Virus record (IMG/VR): IMGVR_UViG_3300038701_001110
Coordinates: 1 to 63,042 of that record
Reading direction: 5' to 3' (one strand)
Origin: a virus
Length of the DNA stretch: 63,042 nt
A model generated the notes under the pieces. That model was not told the origin of the DNA. It searched no databases and saw nothing but the letters and a program-made list of their open reading frames with translations. Of this stretch, positions 32,620-42,880 are shown piece by piece (position 1 is the first letter of the stretch; each line of letters opens with the position of its first letter). The translations under genes were made by a program, and so were the position numbers.

Positions 32620-33692
32620 GCGCTCATCCCCCGATAGAGACCGATTGCGCCGAGCCCGGCCCCGAGCGCTTGCTGGAGCGGGTTGTACGGCTGATATAGC
32701 GTTGTCGACGTCGTCGGATCGACAGGCACGCCGCGCAGGATCGACGAGTAGAGCTGGAGCTGCTGCTCCGGATACGCCTGCTGTCGCAGGAAGTCCTGAT
32801 AGGCGAGGTCAAGCTGCTGCTGGCGAAGCCCCTGCTGCTGAGTCCCGATGGTCTCAAGCAGCTGCGCGTTCTGGATATCCGTCGCACGCCCGGTCTCTCC
32901 GAGCGCAGCGAGCTGGCCGCTAAGGTTTGCGGCTTGACCGAACGCCCCAAGGCCGAACTGACCGGCAGCGCGGTTTTCTGCTGCCTGCGCCCCCTGCACG
33001 CGGCCGAGCTCTCCAATGTCGATCCCTTGGGCACGGGCCTGCTCCGCAGCTTGCGCTTGCTGGCGGGCGAAATCAGCGGCGCGATCAGACTGGAACGCCT
33101 GCTGAGCCGACTGGAACGCGTTTTGCTGACCAGTGGCTTGAATGTCTGCCATGCGGTTGAGAAGATCTCGCTCAGCCATGCCCTCTTGCACCGCTTGGCG
33201 AGAGCCGCCGAAAGCTCCGGCTTGCACAGCCTGAGCGTTACGACCGCCCCGCTGTTCTTCGAATTGACGCCGAGCCTGCTCTTTCTGCACGTCCAGCACA
33301 TTCTGCATGTAGGGTGACATGTATTGCCCAACGCTCTGACCGGTGAAAGTCTGCGTCGGGCTGTAACCATATTGCTCCGATTGACCAGCGGAAAACTCAT
33401 AAGGCTGGTTCGCGTAAGCAAGCCCCTGCGTCCCCTGTAGCGCACCGTATGTGGCACCCATGGCTTCCGGAAGACCCGCGATCCCCTGTCCAGCGATCTG
33501 CCGTGTCAGGTCGTATGATGCCGTCGTCTCTGGGGCGTACTCCGCAATGCGGGGGCCCTCGTACGGGGTGTACGGGGTTGTCGATTGCTCGCTGGTGCGT
33601 TCGAGCAGTTCCGTGAAATACGGCTCCGCGTAGGACGGAAGGTTGGACTGCTCAACCGTGCTCGTCGAAGGAGCGCTGCTACCCTTGCCCAT
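32616..33692 (-). CDS. Gln/Ala-rich virion protein, 358 aa
   Basis: 4-nt overlap with the downstream gene. Q-rich coiled-coil-like composition. Confidence 0.8.
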   Translation of the reverse strand: MGKGSSAPSTSTVEQSNLPSYAEPYFTELLERTSEQSTTPYTPYEGPRIAEYAPETTASYDLTRQIAGQGIAGLPEAMGATYGALQGTQGLAYANQPYEFSAGQSEQYGYSPTQTFTGQSVGQYMSPYMQNVLDVQKEQARRQFEEQRGGRNAQAVQAGAFGGSRQAVQEGMAERDLLNRMADIQATGQQNAFQSAQQAFQSDRAADFARQQAQAAEQARAQGIDIGELGRVQGAQAAENRAAGQFGLGAFGQAANLSGQLAALGETGRATDIQNAQLLETIGTQQQGLRQQQLDLAYQDFLRQQAYPEQQLQLYSSILRGVPVDPTTSTTLYQPYNPLQQALGAGLGAIGLYRGMSA

Positions 33693-34113
33693 GTGGCACC
33701 TCTAGTTTGTACATGACGCGTTCTGCGGTCCAGCCCAGCTTGCCGAGAGGCTTTTCCCACCCTTTGCGACCCGCGCCGTGCATCTCGCTGCACCCGTGAG
33801 CGGCGGCATAGTCTTGGAGCACTTTTTGAGCGGTCGGCAACCACTCACTCATGCGAGACCCTGCGATCCAATCCATAGCAATAATTCTCTTCCCGGGCAA
33901 TTCCGCAATGCGCGTGGTAATTGCGGCCACTGGGGTGGTCCCCTCCAGCGCGACCCACAGGCCAAGCCTGCGAGCGTCGATCTCATCCTTCACGTAGCGT
34001 AGATCGTAGGCCCCGCTTGCCGTCTCAACGGCCCGCTCAAGCATCGGGGCTACGTCCGGCCATACAAGATCCACAACCTCATAAGGAACAGCGCTGAAGC
34101 TCAGGTCGCTCAT
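33679..34113 (-). CDS. Hypothetical protein, 144 aa; possible degenerate GNAT-like fold
   Basis: The order of strand/helix-like segments and the C-terminal GRKGWEKPLGKLGW resemble acetyltransferase folds, but the canonical Q/RxxGxG/A motif is absent. Confidence 0.7.
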   Translation of the reverse strand: MSDLSFSAVPYEVVDLVWPDVAPMLERAVETASGAYDLRYVKDEIDARRLGLWVALEGTTPVAAITTRIAELPGKRIIAMDWIAGSRMSEWLPTAQKVLQDYAAAHGCSEMHGAGRKGWEKPLGKLGWTAERVMYKLEVPHGQG

Positions 34114-35288
34114 ACCGGCATAAGACCTCCGGCTGCCACTTGCTTGGGCTGCTCTCGCATCCCGGTGCGCTCCTGACGCACCCGCTCCATCATCTTGTAA
34201 AGCTCATCGGCCCCGGCATCTGTGGAACCGTTGCCAATTCCGCTGACAACATCCGCGGGGACAACGAACTCCCCGTCGCTCAGGAGGACGTCTTGGCTAC
34301 CATCATCCATCGCGGCCGGGACCATGTCGTCCATGCCATCACCCGGGCCTTGCACCGTGCCCTCGACATCACCCCTCGGGCCGGCGGCGCGGCCGGACTG
34401 AACATCATCCACGAGCTGGCGCAGGGCGTCTTCGCCGAACGTCTGGAGGAACTGACCGAGCACAACCGCGGCTTCCGCCTCCGGTAGGCGCCCGCTGACC
34501 GCTTGGATCGCGGCTTGGACCAACTGCTTGTCGTTCATCTGCGGACGCTGCGCCTGACCAGACTGCAGCTGAGGGGCCATCTCAGCGATGCCGCCGCGGC
34601 TGACTTGCACCTGACCACCCTCGGCGTAGCCCGCGACCTGCGGAACCCATGGGTCGAAATAGAGGAACTCGCCTTGACGACCGGGCTGATAATTCGCCGG
34701 TGCCGCGTAAGACTGACGACGCGTGTTGGGGTCGATGCCGGGGCGCTCGTAATCCCCTTGGCCGGGCACGTCCATCGCCGGGGGTTGTGTCATCATCGCT
34801 CCGCCGAGGGCTGTCCCGAGACCAGCGCCAGTCATCGCACCTTGCTGGAACCCACCCTGAAGAACCTGCCCAAGGGGTACCTGTCCCGCCCCGGAGCCGA
34901 TCTGGCCGACACGGCCGGCGAGTGTTGCTGCGTCAATTCCCGGAATAGTCCCGGGCTGGAACCCGGACGGCATGTTCTGGAACATGTTCCCGAGTATCCC
35001 TTGCTGTGCCGCTTGCTCCGCAGCGCCAGTGGCAGCGGCGGCTCCCGCCCCTGCTCCGGCACCGGCTCCCGTCGCGGCGGCTCCGGCACCGCCCGTCAGC
35101 ATACCACCAATGCCCCCGAAAAGGCCGGCTGTCAGACCAGTCCTGAGGCCCTCCTCAAGAGACCCGCTCTCGATTGCGGACCCGACCCCAGACCCGAGCG
35201 CCCCTGCGATCAGGGGACTCATTGTGCCAAGCATGCCAGCACCGGCAGCGGTTGAACCAAGGAGACTTAGAATGAACGGAAGTGCCAT
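34110..35288 (-). CDS. Glycine-rich membrane-associated virion protein, 392 aa
   Basis: The N-terminal 100 aa are hydrophobic Gly/Ala-rich segments (LLGSTAAGAGMLG..., GAGAGAGAGAAAATGAA). Confidence 0.8.
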   Translation of the reverse strand: MALPFILSLLGSTAAGAGMLGTMSPLIAGALGSGVGSAIESGSLEEGLRTGLTAGLFGGIGGMLTGGAGAAATGAGAGAGAGAAAATGAAEQAAQQGILGNMFQNMPSGFQPGTIPGIDAATLAGRVGQIGSGAGQVPLGQVLQGGFQQGAMTGAGLGTALGGAMMTQPPAMDVPGQGDYERPGIDPNTRRQSYAAPANYQPGRQGEFLYFDPWVPQVAGYAEGGQVQVSRGGIAEMAPQLQSGQAQRPQMNDKQLVQAAIQAVSGRLPEAEAAVVLGQFLQTFGEDALRQLVDDVQSGRAAGPRGDVEGTVQGPGDGMDDMVPAAMDDGSQDVLLSDGEFVVPADVVSGIGNGSTDAGADELYKMMERVRQERTGMREQPKQVAAGGLMPV

Positions 35289-35351
35289 GGCGCTAACCTC
35301 ATGTGTATTTGCCGCATAATACCATGCCGCGCGTTTATTGTAACCCCGCCG

Positions 35352-36449
35352 TTACAGCTGCAGCTGCGAGACGTGGGCGATGACGGAGGGTGCGTCCGGA
35401 GCAAAGCTCAGACCGCTGATTGCATCGAGCGTCATGCTCGTGGTGTCCGCCGCCCACATCAGCTCGACGTAGTCGCTGGCGGCGAGAGAGATCTGATAGG
35501 TGACAGTCACGACCTTCGTGTCGCCGTTGGCCTTGATCGTGAACACCCTTGTGGTGTCATCAACATCGGTTCCGTTCTTGGACAACCAGAAGTAGGCGTT
35601 GGAGGCGCTCGCGGTTGACGACGTGACCTGAAACGAAGCCTCAACCGAGTAAAACCCGGCTTGGGACACGGTGATCTGGGAGCCGGAGGCGACAGTTACC
35701 CCACGGGAGATTTCGGTGGTGTTCAGCGTCACAGCGTAGGCGGTGTCCGCCGCGGCGGGTGTCTGATCCGTGGTATCAGTGAACGAGCCGTAGTCCAGAC
35801 CCATTGGAATTGTCGGGCGCACGAGGATCTGCCCGTCCGTTGCATCGACAGACAACACTGCAGCGACGACGATCACCTCGTTTGGTGCCGTTGGTCTTAC
35901 GTTCGTGAACGCCCCTGCGGTCGATGGGGAAGCATAGAGAATGTCGCCGACCGACCACGTCTCGCCAACCGGAGTGCCCGTCGTGTCCACGCCACGAACT
36001 TTTCCGTAGACTGTAACCGGTCGAACCTCGTCGTCCGGAATGTCGGAGGTGGTGACCCCGATGAAGTAGAGCGACGGGACTGTGCCATCTGCGATGTACT
36101 CGTTGACCTTGATCTCACCATTGACCCCAGCAAACCCGACCACGGTGCCATTTGCAATAGTGGAACCAGTCTTGTTCTCGCACCGCATGTAAGTCTCGAA
36201 CCCGATCTGCTGGGTGATGTCGTTCCCCATGGTCAGATCAAGAGTTTCGTCCGTAGTGCTCCATGACAAGGTGCCGTAGTCAGAGTCTGTCGTGCTCGGC
36301 GTAATGGTCAGAGACAGAACGCGTTCTGGTCCCGGAACTTGAAGCTGTTGCGCGTATGACGCAAACTGTCTCGTCATGTCGGCAAAGTAAGACGGCTCGT
36401 ACTCGTACGGCGGGTAGGCGAAATATGGGATAGGGATCGCTTTTGCCAT
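35352..36449 (-). CDS. Tail/receptor-binding-type structural protein, 365 aa
   Basis: Beta-rich T/S/V composition and a position next to the large tail protein. Function inferred from context only. Confidence 0.75.
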   Translation of the reverse strand: MAKAIPIPYFAYPPYEYEPSYFADMTRQFASYAQQLQVPGPERVLSLTITPSTTDSDYGTLSWSTTDETLDLTMGNDITQQIGFETYMRCENKTGSTIANGTVVGFAGVNGEIKVNEYIADGTVPSLYFIGVTTSDIPDDEVRPVTVYGKVRGVDTTGTPVGETWSVGDILYASPSTAGAFTNVRPTAPNEVIVVAAVLSVDATDGQILVRPTIPMGLDYGSFTDTTDQTPAAADTAYAVTLNTTEISRGVTVASGSQITVSQAGFYSVEASFQVTSSTASASNAYFWLSKNGTDVDDTTRVFTIKANGDTKVVTVTYQISLAASDYVELMWAADTTSMTLDAISGLSFAPDAPSVIAHVSQLQL

Positions 36450-38314
36450 CAGCGGCGCCCGTCCGTTCGAACATCAACTCTTGGTGACCCAAGTCGCCAC
36501 GTCGTGTTGTACTGATCGGACTCCAATCGCAGGGCGGCGGCACGGCCGCGCAATCTCACGAAAAGCTGCTTCGTGTACTTCTCGACGGGGAGTTCCGCGG
36601 ACCGAGTGATCACACCATCGTCCTCCTCCCCACTGTAACCACCGCCCGGGTAGTCAAGCATCTTCAACGTCAGCGTAGCTGACGGGTCCCCGGTTGAATT
36701 GCGGAAAGACAGGTCGGGGAGAACGCGCGATGCAAACATATACTGATCGCCCTCTGCGATCTCCACCGGGGACGACTCGATATGCGAAGGGATGGCGACT
36801 TCCGGGTTCGACGACCCATCGTTCAAACCAGTCTCGTGGTTGTACAGCCTGCCGTCGGTGGATGCAGCGATTGGGTTCCCGATCTCACCTTTAGCGACCC
36901 ACGCTGTCCTGACCATGGTGCCGAAATACCATATGTTCTGGGCGTAGTTGTAAATAACGTACCTGTCGTTTTCGTCACTGTCTGCGGACGGGTAATGCCA
37001 CCAGATCTCCGAAAAGGCGGTGTTGTGTCCGGCGACAATCTTGTTCGACTGGTAGGGGTTCAGGTCGTTGAAAACGTAGTCGCGTACCGGGCAGGGGATC
37101 TGCTGCACGCGCCCGTTGTAAGAATAGAACTCGCCCTTGCCCATCCAGTACACGGTGTCGTTCACCGCCACTGCGGAGTTGAACCCGGCGAGGCTGGTGT
37201 TGGTGGAGACCTCGGTAATGCCGAAGGTGAACGGGGGGCCGATGTACTGCATCGCATGCAAGGACACATCGGTGAAGATCAGGATCTGCTGTTTGGTCTT
37301 GATCGCGGCAAGAATCTGGCTGCCCGAGCTCAAGCGCAACGACCCTGCGGTGTTGTCCGCGCGGGTTTCCCAGTCGGTAATGTCCTCCTGAGCGGAGAAG
37401 CGGATCAGTGTCAGGTCTTGGTTGCCGACATCAAACTCACCGTCGCATCCGAACGCAATCGTGTGGCGGTCACGCGTAGATACCATGACCTGACGAGCTA
37501 CAGTCGGAGCCTTGTTGGCCCCGGATAGGTCCGAGATCGCCACCGCACGGTCGGTAATGGGACCAGAAGTGTCCCAGTAATATATGCCCCCGTTGGTCGG
37601 GTTGAAGATCAGATCTTCTCCGTAGTTGTCATGCGACCATGTGCGGAGCTGGGCACCGACAACGCTTAGAGTGGCCGGGTCACCCCAACCTCCAAAGCCC
37701 CAGCGATCTGCACCCCAGCCTGAGCCCACCGCGGCGGTCGCGAGACCGCTGTTGATCTGATAGGCCCCCACAACAGAGGCTCCGCCGTTTCCGGTGTCGC
37801 TCGCATTGGCCACCACACCAGATAGTTCGATGGTGTAACTGTCCGAGTCGATAAGGTTGATGATCTGATGCTCTGCGTTCAGCACGTCTGCAGTGACCGT
37901 GCCACCCAGACTGACGGCACCTGAAAAAGTGACGAAGTCGTTCTCTAAGGCCCCGTGGGATGTGTCGCTGACAGTTACCGTGCTTGATCCGGATGTTGCA
38001 GAAAAGGTAACATCGCCCGCCGCCGTAGTCGCACGGATGGGCGTCACGTCGTAATAGTCACCCCCTCGCTCCACGTAGTATTTCAGATTGGTCCCAACCC
38101 CCATGTACGGGGTGTTATCTAGGTCGCTCCACGGGAGCAGGGCGCGACAGACTCCCAAGAACGTGTTACCGCTGTACCGCTGCCAACCACCGATCATCTC
38201 AGGGAAGCCGTTGCGAAACCTGATCTTGTCGCCGTCGCGCCATCCGCCTTCGTTGGTGTACGACGTCACGTCCCGAACAATGCCGGGACGGAACTGAAGC
38301 TTTACAAACGGCAT
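36449..38314 (-). CDS. Large tail structural protein, 621 aa
   Basis: AAAGGA RBS. TGATG junction with the downstream gene. Beta-rich with many W/Y/G. Context only. Confidence 0.8.
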   Translation of the reverse strand: MPFVKLQFRPGIVRDVTSYTNEGGWRDGDKIRFRNGFPEMIGGWQRYSGNTFLGVCRALLPWSDLDNTPYMGVGTNLKYYVERGGDYYDVTPIRATTAAGDVTFSATSGSSTVTVSDTSHGALENDFVTFSGAVSLGGTVTADVLNAEHQIINLIDSDSYTIELSGVVANASDTGNGGASVVGAYQINSGLATAAVGSGWGADRWGFGGWGDPATLSVVGAQLRTWSHDNYGEDLIFNPTNGGIYYWDTSGPITDRAVAISDLSGANKAPTVARQVMVSTRDRHTIAFGCDGEFDVGNQDLTLIRFSAQEDITDWETRADNTAGSLRLSSGSQILAAIKTKQQILIFTDVSLHAMQYIGPPFTFGITEVSTNTSLAGFNSAVAVNDTVYWMGKGEFYSYNGRVQQIPCPVRDYVFNDLNPYQSNKIVAGHNTAFSEIWWHYPSADSDENDRYVIYNYAQNIWYFGTMVRTAWVAKGEIGNPIAASTDGRLYNHETGLNDGSSNPEVAIPSHIESSPVEIAEGDQYMFASRVLPDLSFRNSTGDPSATLTLKMLDYPGGGYSGEEDDGVITRSAELPVEKYTKQLFVRLRGRAAALRLESDQYNTTWRLGSPRVDVRTDGRR

Positions 38315-38345
38315 TGGGTGTCAGTCCTTTACTGGGACGCTGGCG

Positions 38346-38648
38346 TCACGACCACGGAGTACCGGTTTCAGTGGTCGGGTTTTTCTGGTTTTCGATGTTG
38401 GCCGCGAGGTTGGCCTCCGTCTCGTCCTTGTCCAGCTGACTCCACACCCAGTTGAGAACTTCCCCCTCGGTCACGTTGGCGTAGGGAATGAAGTTGGGGC
38501 TAGACGGATCAGGACTCAGGCCCTCCGAGCCATAGACGCGCGCCCGGTAGTCACCGTCGGTGGCAACACACTCCCAATGGGCGACGGTGATGCCACCGGT
38601 AGCCACGTCGTGCTCGCAGGTTGCGATTTTCCAGTTGTAGGTGGTCAT
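38346..38648 (-). CDS. Hypothetical protein, 100 aa
   Basis: AAGGAGA RBS provided by the 3' end of the preceding micro-ORF. Confidence 0.75.
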   Translation of the reverse strand: MTTYNWKIATCEHDVATGGITVAHWECVATDGDYRARVYGSEGLSPDPSSPNFIPYANVTEGEVLNWVWSQLDKDETEANLAANIENQKNPTTETGTPWS

Positions 38649-38764
38649 TAGTCAGTCTCCTTTGCGGCTTCGAGTTCTGCGATACGCGCATGCGCTTTTT
38701 CGAGTTCGGCCATCAAGTGAACACGCTCAATGGCATACTGCGCGATGACATCGTTGATTTGCAT
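38648..38764 (-). CDS. 38-aa coiled-coil micro-protein (MQINDVIAQYAIERVHLMAELEKAHARIAELEAAKETD)
   Basis: AAGGAAG RBS 6 nt before ATG 38764. TAATG junction with the downstream gene. Below the track threshold. Confidence 0.5.
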   Translation of the reverse strand: MQINDVIAQYAIERVHLMAELEKAHARIAELEAAKETD

Positions 38765-38778
38765 CGTTGCTTCCTTGG

Positions 38779-41700
38779 TTAGACAATCTTGAGTGTTCCG
38801 CCATCGTTCCATACATCACCCGCGCTAAGGCCAGCAGAGGATGTTGGAAGCCCTACAATGGAAAGTTTAGAGCCGGGATTGCTCGTCCCGATGCCGACGT
38901 TGCCGCTGCTGTCGATGCGTAGGCGCTCTGTGTTGTTGGTTAGTATCAAGATATCTTCCAGAGCTTGGGTAGCTAACTGGAAAGCCCCTCCGTAGTTCCT
39001 TATTTCAGCAACCCCAGTAGAATAGCGGGTAAGAAAAGTTGCGTCGGATGCTCCACTGCGAAGGCTAAGGTTGTAGTTTCCAGAAACTGTGTTAGACCCG
39101 CCTCGAAGACTCCCGACCACGTCAAGAGAAGCCCCGGGACTGCTCGTGCCGATGCCGACGCGGTTGTTGGCGCTATCCACATAGAGCGTATTGGTGTCTA
39201 CTGTGAGGCCAGCGAAGGTTGGGCTGTCCGTCGTCGCCACGCCTTGGTCGATGGCATCAAGCTTCGCCCCATCTGCAGCCACGTTGCGACCGTCTATCTT
39301 GGAGGAAAGGCCATCCACGCTGACGATCTCCGTATCGGAGGGGAGGATGCGGGAAGTGCTGAGCTTCCCCCCAATCAGGCGCAGACCGGTCGCTGATGCG
39401 TTGACATCAAGATCGCGAGTTATCCCCCCAGACAGCTCCATCAAGTTAATCGTGTTGTCAGTCGCGGTCGCGCGCAAGTTGAGGTTTGTGTCCGCGTTCC
39501 GACACCCGATTGTTAGGTTGGAGGTGTCGGCAAACAGGTCCACACCAAATGACGGTGATGCCTTGCTGCTATCAGGATCATAGTTCAGATCAATATAGCC
39601 TGACCACCCTGCGCCTGTGAGCGATACACCCACAAAACCATCTCCGGGGTTCGACCCCGTGAACTCAAGGTGATTGTCGCTGATGCCCACAGATGCGTAG
39701 TCATCCACGACGATAACGCATTGCTCGTTCATGTCATGGCCATTGACGCGGAACACACAATTGGTCACCCCTCCCGGAAGAGCCGCTGTGCCCGGAACCA
39801 AATAGAGCGCGTTCTGACAATTCCGAGCCACCACATCAACCGTGATGCCTTCAAAGATTGCGCCAAACAAACTCACCGCAGGGCCGTCACAATCCTCCGC
39901 CACAACATTTGCATAGATGTTGCGCATGGTGCGCTGAACAACCGCATCATCCGTCAAGTTGATTAGAAACCCGCGCCGACCAGCTACAACAGAAGCATCG
40001 TAAGGTGACTTTGCGATAACCGTAAGGTTGTAGTTTTCAACGTCTCTGTTCCTCGCGGAGACCGCCACTGCGTCATCCCCAAGACTCTCAGACATTACCC
40101 TTCCGGTGACGTTTAGAGTGTCGATCCAATGCACACCATCCGCGTTAGTGTTAGGTTCTTGCTCGGCCTCAATCAGGGTGAAGTCATGTCGGTCACATGT
40201 CTCAATGCGGACACCAAAAGACGCTGTGTTGCGAACCCGAATGATGTCATTGGACAGGTGGGTGATGTGCTGGAACCAAATTCCAAAGCCGTTATTAGGA
40301 CCAACATTTGCTTGGTTGCCGTCTATGGTCAGTTCGCCAGAAAATACAACGCGGGCAAGCGGTGCCATTGTCAGGTCGGTCTGGACTAGGTCAATGTCTT
40401 CGCCAGACATCACCTTTAGGGTGCAGCCAGCCATTGCATGAAACTTTAACCCATCTTTGATCAGAAGGCCGTATTCGCGACCCGACTGAGAAAGCCCACT
40501 ACCGGACACCACATACGTTGCGCTAAGACCAACAACCTGCTTCCCAACAGATATTGACCAATCCCATGCGGCTTGAATAGCCGCGCGCATATCGGTGGTC
40601 CCAGGGGTCGTATTTTCTCCAAAATGATCAGGAGTGACATCACCGTATGGCACCCAGCCAGCCAGATCGCTGATAGCGGTTGCCCCGCTATCCCTGACGT
40701 AAGCCACGGTGCCGTCAGTCCACACTGCTCCGTCAGAGACGGCGCTCTTCTCAGAAATGGAGAGGCCGCCCCAGTAGCTAACAAGAGCCGACCGAGATTC
40801 GAAACCAAACGACCACAGGTCGTCGAGCTTAATGCCATCTGCAGCCACGTCGCGACCGTCAACCGTTCCGGTGACGGAGATATTGCCAGTGACGGACAGC
40901 TTTTCAGAGGGACTGTTCGTGCCGACCCCGACGTTGCCAGAGCTGTCGATGCGCATGGCTTCGCTGTTACTGGTATTAATTCTGATATCATCGCCCACAG
41001 ACCCAATAGACTGGGCAAACACGCCTGTTGAATTGGTGTCCGAGAAGTATAAAACTGCGCTGGTAGCACCTGTTGACGTTAAACGGGCAATACCGGAGCC
41101 TGATGCTCTCACATCAAGAGCATTTGTTGGGCCGCTCGTGCCAATGCCGACGTTGCCGCTGCTGTCGATGCGCATGGACTCGGAAAACGAGGCGTCGAGG
41201 CGACGGCGGAAGACGGTCCCCCCTGTGCCGGTCGCACCACCAGTAGTGAGGTACATGTTCCCCGCGTTCGTGGCGTGGTCTTTACCGTAGAGGGCGATTG
41301 ACGCCCCGTCGGTGTTCGAGGTTCCACCTTTGATGCCAACACCAAGCGAAGTGGAGGACGATTGGCCGATCTCCCTGTAGTTGCCGGAAAAACTCAGAGC
41401 ACCGTTGAGGCCAATGTTGCCAGTGACGGACAGTTTCTCGCTCGGGCTGGTTGTGTTGATGCCGATGCGGTTGTTGGAGCTGTCCACATAGAGCGTGTTG
41501 GTGTCTACCGTGAGGCCAGCGAAGGACGGGCTGTCCGTCGTCGCGACGCCCTGATCAATGCCGTCAAGCTTGGTCTCATCTGCCGTTGTGAACGACGCCG
41601 TCGTGTTCTGGAGGACGGAGGAGTAGGCTTGGACCGTGACGCCAATGTCGTTGCTGGTCAGGCCGGAAATGTCGACAACCGCGGCGCCGGTGCCCGCGCC

Positions 41701-42069
41701 ATCGCAGTAGACGATAGCGACGTCGCCATCCGCGACCGTCACGTTGCCACCAGAACCCTGAGTCAGGATCACCGACTCACCGGAGTCGTTCTTGACGAAG
41801 TATGTCCGCTTGGCGTCGTTCGGGGTGATCGTAACAGTGTTGGTACCGCTCGGGCTGCCGCCGAACACAAGCACCGCGTACTGACCCTCGGATAGTGCAC
41901 CGTCAGTCACAGGCAGTGTGTGGGTCGTGCCAGACAGGGTGATCGTACCGGCTTCAGAGATCATCCGGCTGAGGATCTGCAGGTTCTCGTTGGTGGTGCT
42001 CCCCCAAGTACCAGACTGCTCACCATCGCCGATGAGTTCGATCCCGGAAGTGGTATAGGTGCTGGGCAT
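38779..42069 (-). CDS. Tail fiber/tailspike with central beta-helix-like region, 1096 aa
   Basis: GGAGG RBS. Shares an N-proximal module of about 177 aa with 46013-47068. The central region has the irregular G/N/V/I-rich repeats typical of right-handed beta-helices. Contains internal repeats of DQGVATTDSP(T/S)FAGLTVDTNTLYVDS. Confidence 0.8.
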   Translation of the reverse strand: MPSTYTTSGIELIGDGEQSGTWGSTTNENLQILSRMISEAGTITLSGTTHTLPVTDGALSEGQYAVLVFGGSPSGTNTVTITPNDAKRTYFVKNDSGESVILTQGSGGNVTVADGDVAIVYCDGAGTGAAVVDISGLTSNDIGVTVQAYSSVLQNTTASFTTADETKLDGIDQGVATTDSPSFAGLTVDTNTLYVDSSNNRIGINTTSPSEKLSVTGNIGLNGALSFSGNYREIGQSSSTSLGVGIKGGTSNTDGASIALYGKDHATNAGNMYLTTGGATGTGGTVFRRRLDASFSESMRIDSSGNVGIGTSGPTNALDVRASGSGIARLTSTGATSAVLYFSDTNSTGVFAQSIGSVGDDIRINTSNSEAMRIDSSGNVGVGTNSPSEKLSVTGNISVTGTVDGRDVAADGIKLDDLWSFGFESRSALVSYWGGLSISEKSAVSDGAVWTDGTVAYVRDSGATAISDLAGWVPYGDVTPDHFGENTTPGTTDMRAAIQAAWDWSISVGKQVVGLSATYVVSGSGLSQSGREYGLLIKDGLKFHAMAGCTLKVMSGEDIDLVQTDLTMAPLARVVFSGELTIDGNQANVGPNNGFGIWFQHITHLSNDIIRVRNTASFGVRIETCDRHDFTLIEAEQEPNTNADGVHWIDTLNVTGRVMSESLGDDAVAVSARNRDVENYNLTVIAKSPYDASVVAGRRGFLINLTDDAVVQRTMRNIYANVVAEDCDGPAVSLFGAIFEGITVDVVARNCQNALYLVPGTAALPGGVTNCVFRVNGHDMNEQCVIVVDDYASVGISDNHLEFTGSNPGDGFVGVSLTGAGWSGYIDLNYDPDSSKASPSFGVDLFADTSNLTIGCRNADTNLNLRATATDNTINLMELSGGITRDLDVNASATGLRLIGGKLSTSRILPSDTEIVSVDGLSSKIDGRNVAADGAKLDAIDQGVATTDSPTFAGLTVDTNTLYVDSANNRVGIGTSSPGASLDVVGSLRGGSNTVSGNYNLSLRSGASDATFLTRYSTGVAEIRNYGGAFQLATQALEDILILTNNTERLRIDSSGNVGIGTSNPGSKLSIVGLPTSSAGLSAGDVWNDGGTLKIV

Positions 42070-42096
42070 TCTCGCCTCCTAGTCCGCGTTGGGTGG

Positions 42097-42125
42097 AAGA
42101 TAGCATGAGACTTGCCCTATAACAA
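42097..42125 (-). promoter_or_regulatory. Candidate sigma70-type promoter for the fiber gene
   Basis: On the minus strand: TTGTTA (42125-42120), 17-nt spacer, TATCTT (42102-42097), about 25 nt before the RBS. Confidence 0.35.
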
Positions 42126-42158
42126 GAAAAGGCCCCGCCACTCAAAAGAATGACGGGG
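42121..42158 (-). terminator. Rho-independent terminator after the lysis cassette
   Basis: Minus-strand RNA CCCCGUCA-(10 nt)-UGGCGGGG, with one G:U pair, followed by CCUUUUCUUGUU. Confidence 0.5.
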
Positions 42159-42283
42159 TCAGTGTGAAACACATCTGTAGGGGCAGATGTTGGGAACGTA
42201 GCTCGCATCGCTGCGACGCACAGGGCCTTTCCTAGTTAGGTAAAATGCCACTGGACGCCGTGGCCGCGAACCCCTGATGGGGA

Positions 42284-42493
42284 TTACGAAGAAACTTCGG
42301 GAACGCAGGAAGCGCTGACAATCATGTCGCCCGTGTAACCAGACTCCATCCGGAACTCGCGCTCAATATACAGCTCCACGATGGGAGCGGCGCGGCGGCA
42401 TGTGTCGGCATCGAATGGGTCAGGCAGCTGATGCGCGTTACAATCCTGCCCCATGGCAGTGATGAAACAGACGATGATCTGCATCGACATCAT
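42284..42493 (-). CDS. Small Cys-containing protein with hydrophobic N-terminus, 69 aa
   Basis: GGGAGAAAACCA before ATG 42493. ATGA-type junction with the o-spanin stop. Confidence 0.6.
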   Translation of the reverse strand: MMSMQIIVCFITAMGQDCNAHQLPDPFDADTCRRAAPIVELYIEREFRMESGYTGDMIVSASCVPEVSS

Positions 42494-42771
42494 TGGTTTT
42501 CTCCCGGAATGAGGTGCTCCCAGATGGGGCACACAAGCGAGAACGTAGCATAAAGCTCCGTGATCTCGTCAATGGTTACTTGCGTGTCTCGGTGTGATCT
42601 TGTGGGTAGGGCGGCACCCATTTGGCGACAAACCTCACGGCTCGTCTCGGAACCCATGACCCTCATACTGTCGCAGCCGGTCAGGAAGATCACGCTCGAC
42701 GCGATCACGAATGTCGTTAGCAGCCTCACGGTCTTCCTCCTCCATGTCACGTCTCGCGTCGCGTTTGGCAT
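42490..42771 (-). CDS. o-spanin (outer-membrane lipoprotein) candidate, 93 aa
   Basis: A basic n-region (WRRKTVR), a hydrophobic core and the lipobox FLTGC. It starts inside the i-spanin gene in another frame and extends beyond it (overlapped Rz/Rz1 architecture). Confidence 0.65.
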   Translation of the reverse strand: MPNATRDVTWRRKTVRLLTTFVIASSVIFLTGCDSMRVMGSETSREVCRQMGAALPTRSHRDTQVTIDEITELYATFSLVCPIWEHLIPGENQ

Positions 42772-42880
42772 CGGCTCGGATAGCAAGCACGGCCAAGGCA
42801 ACCGCTCCCAGAGCGGCCAGCCACCGAGCAAGTCTCGAGCGGATGAGCACAAGCCACGTCACCGGATGCCCCGGGCCCAC
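42635..42880 (-). CDS. i-spanin candidate, 81 aa (alternative GTG start 42862)
   Basis: An N-terminal TM helix (WLAALGAVALAVLAI) followed by a charged helical periplasmic part. It directly follows the endolysin gene, and GTG 42862 overlaps the endolysin TGA. Confidence 0.6.
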   Translation of the reverse strand: MGPGHPVTWLVLIRSRLARWLAALGAVALAVLAIRADAKRDARRDMEEEDREAANDIRDRVERDLPDRLRQYEGHGFRDEP

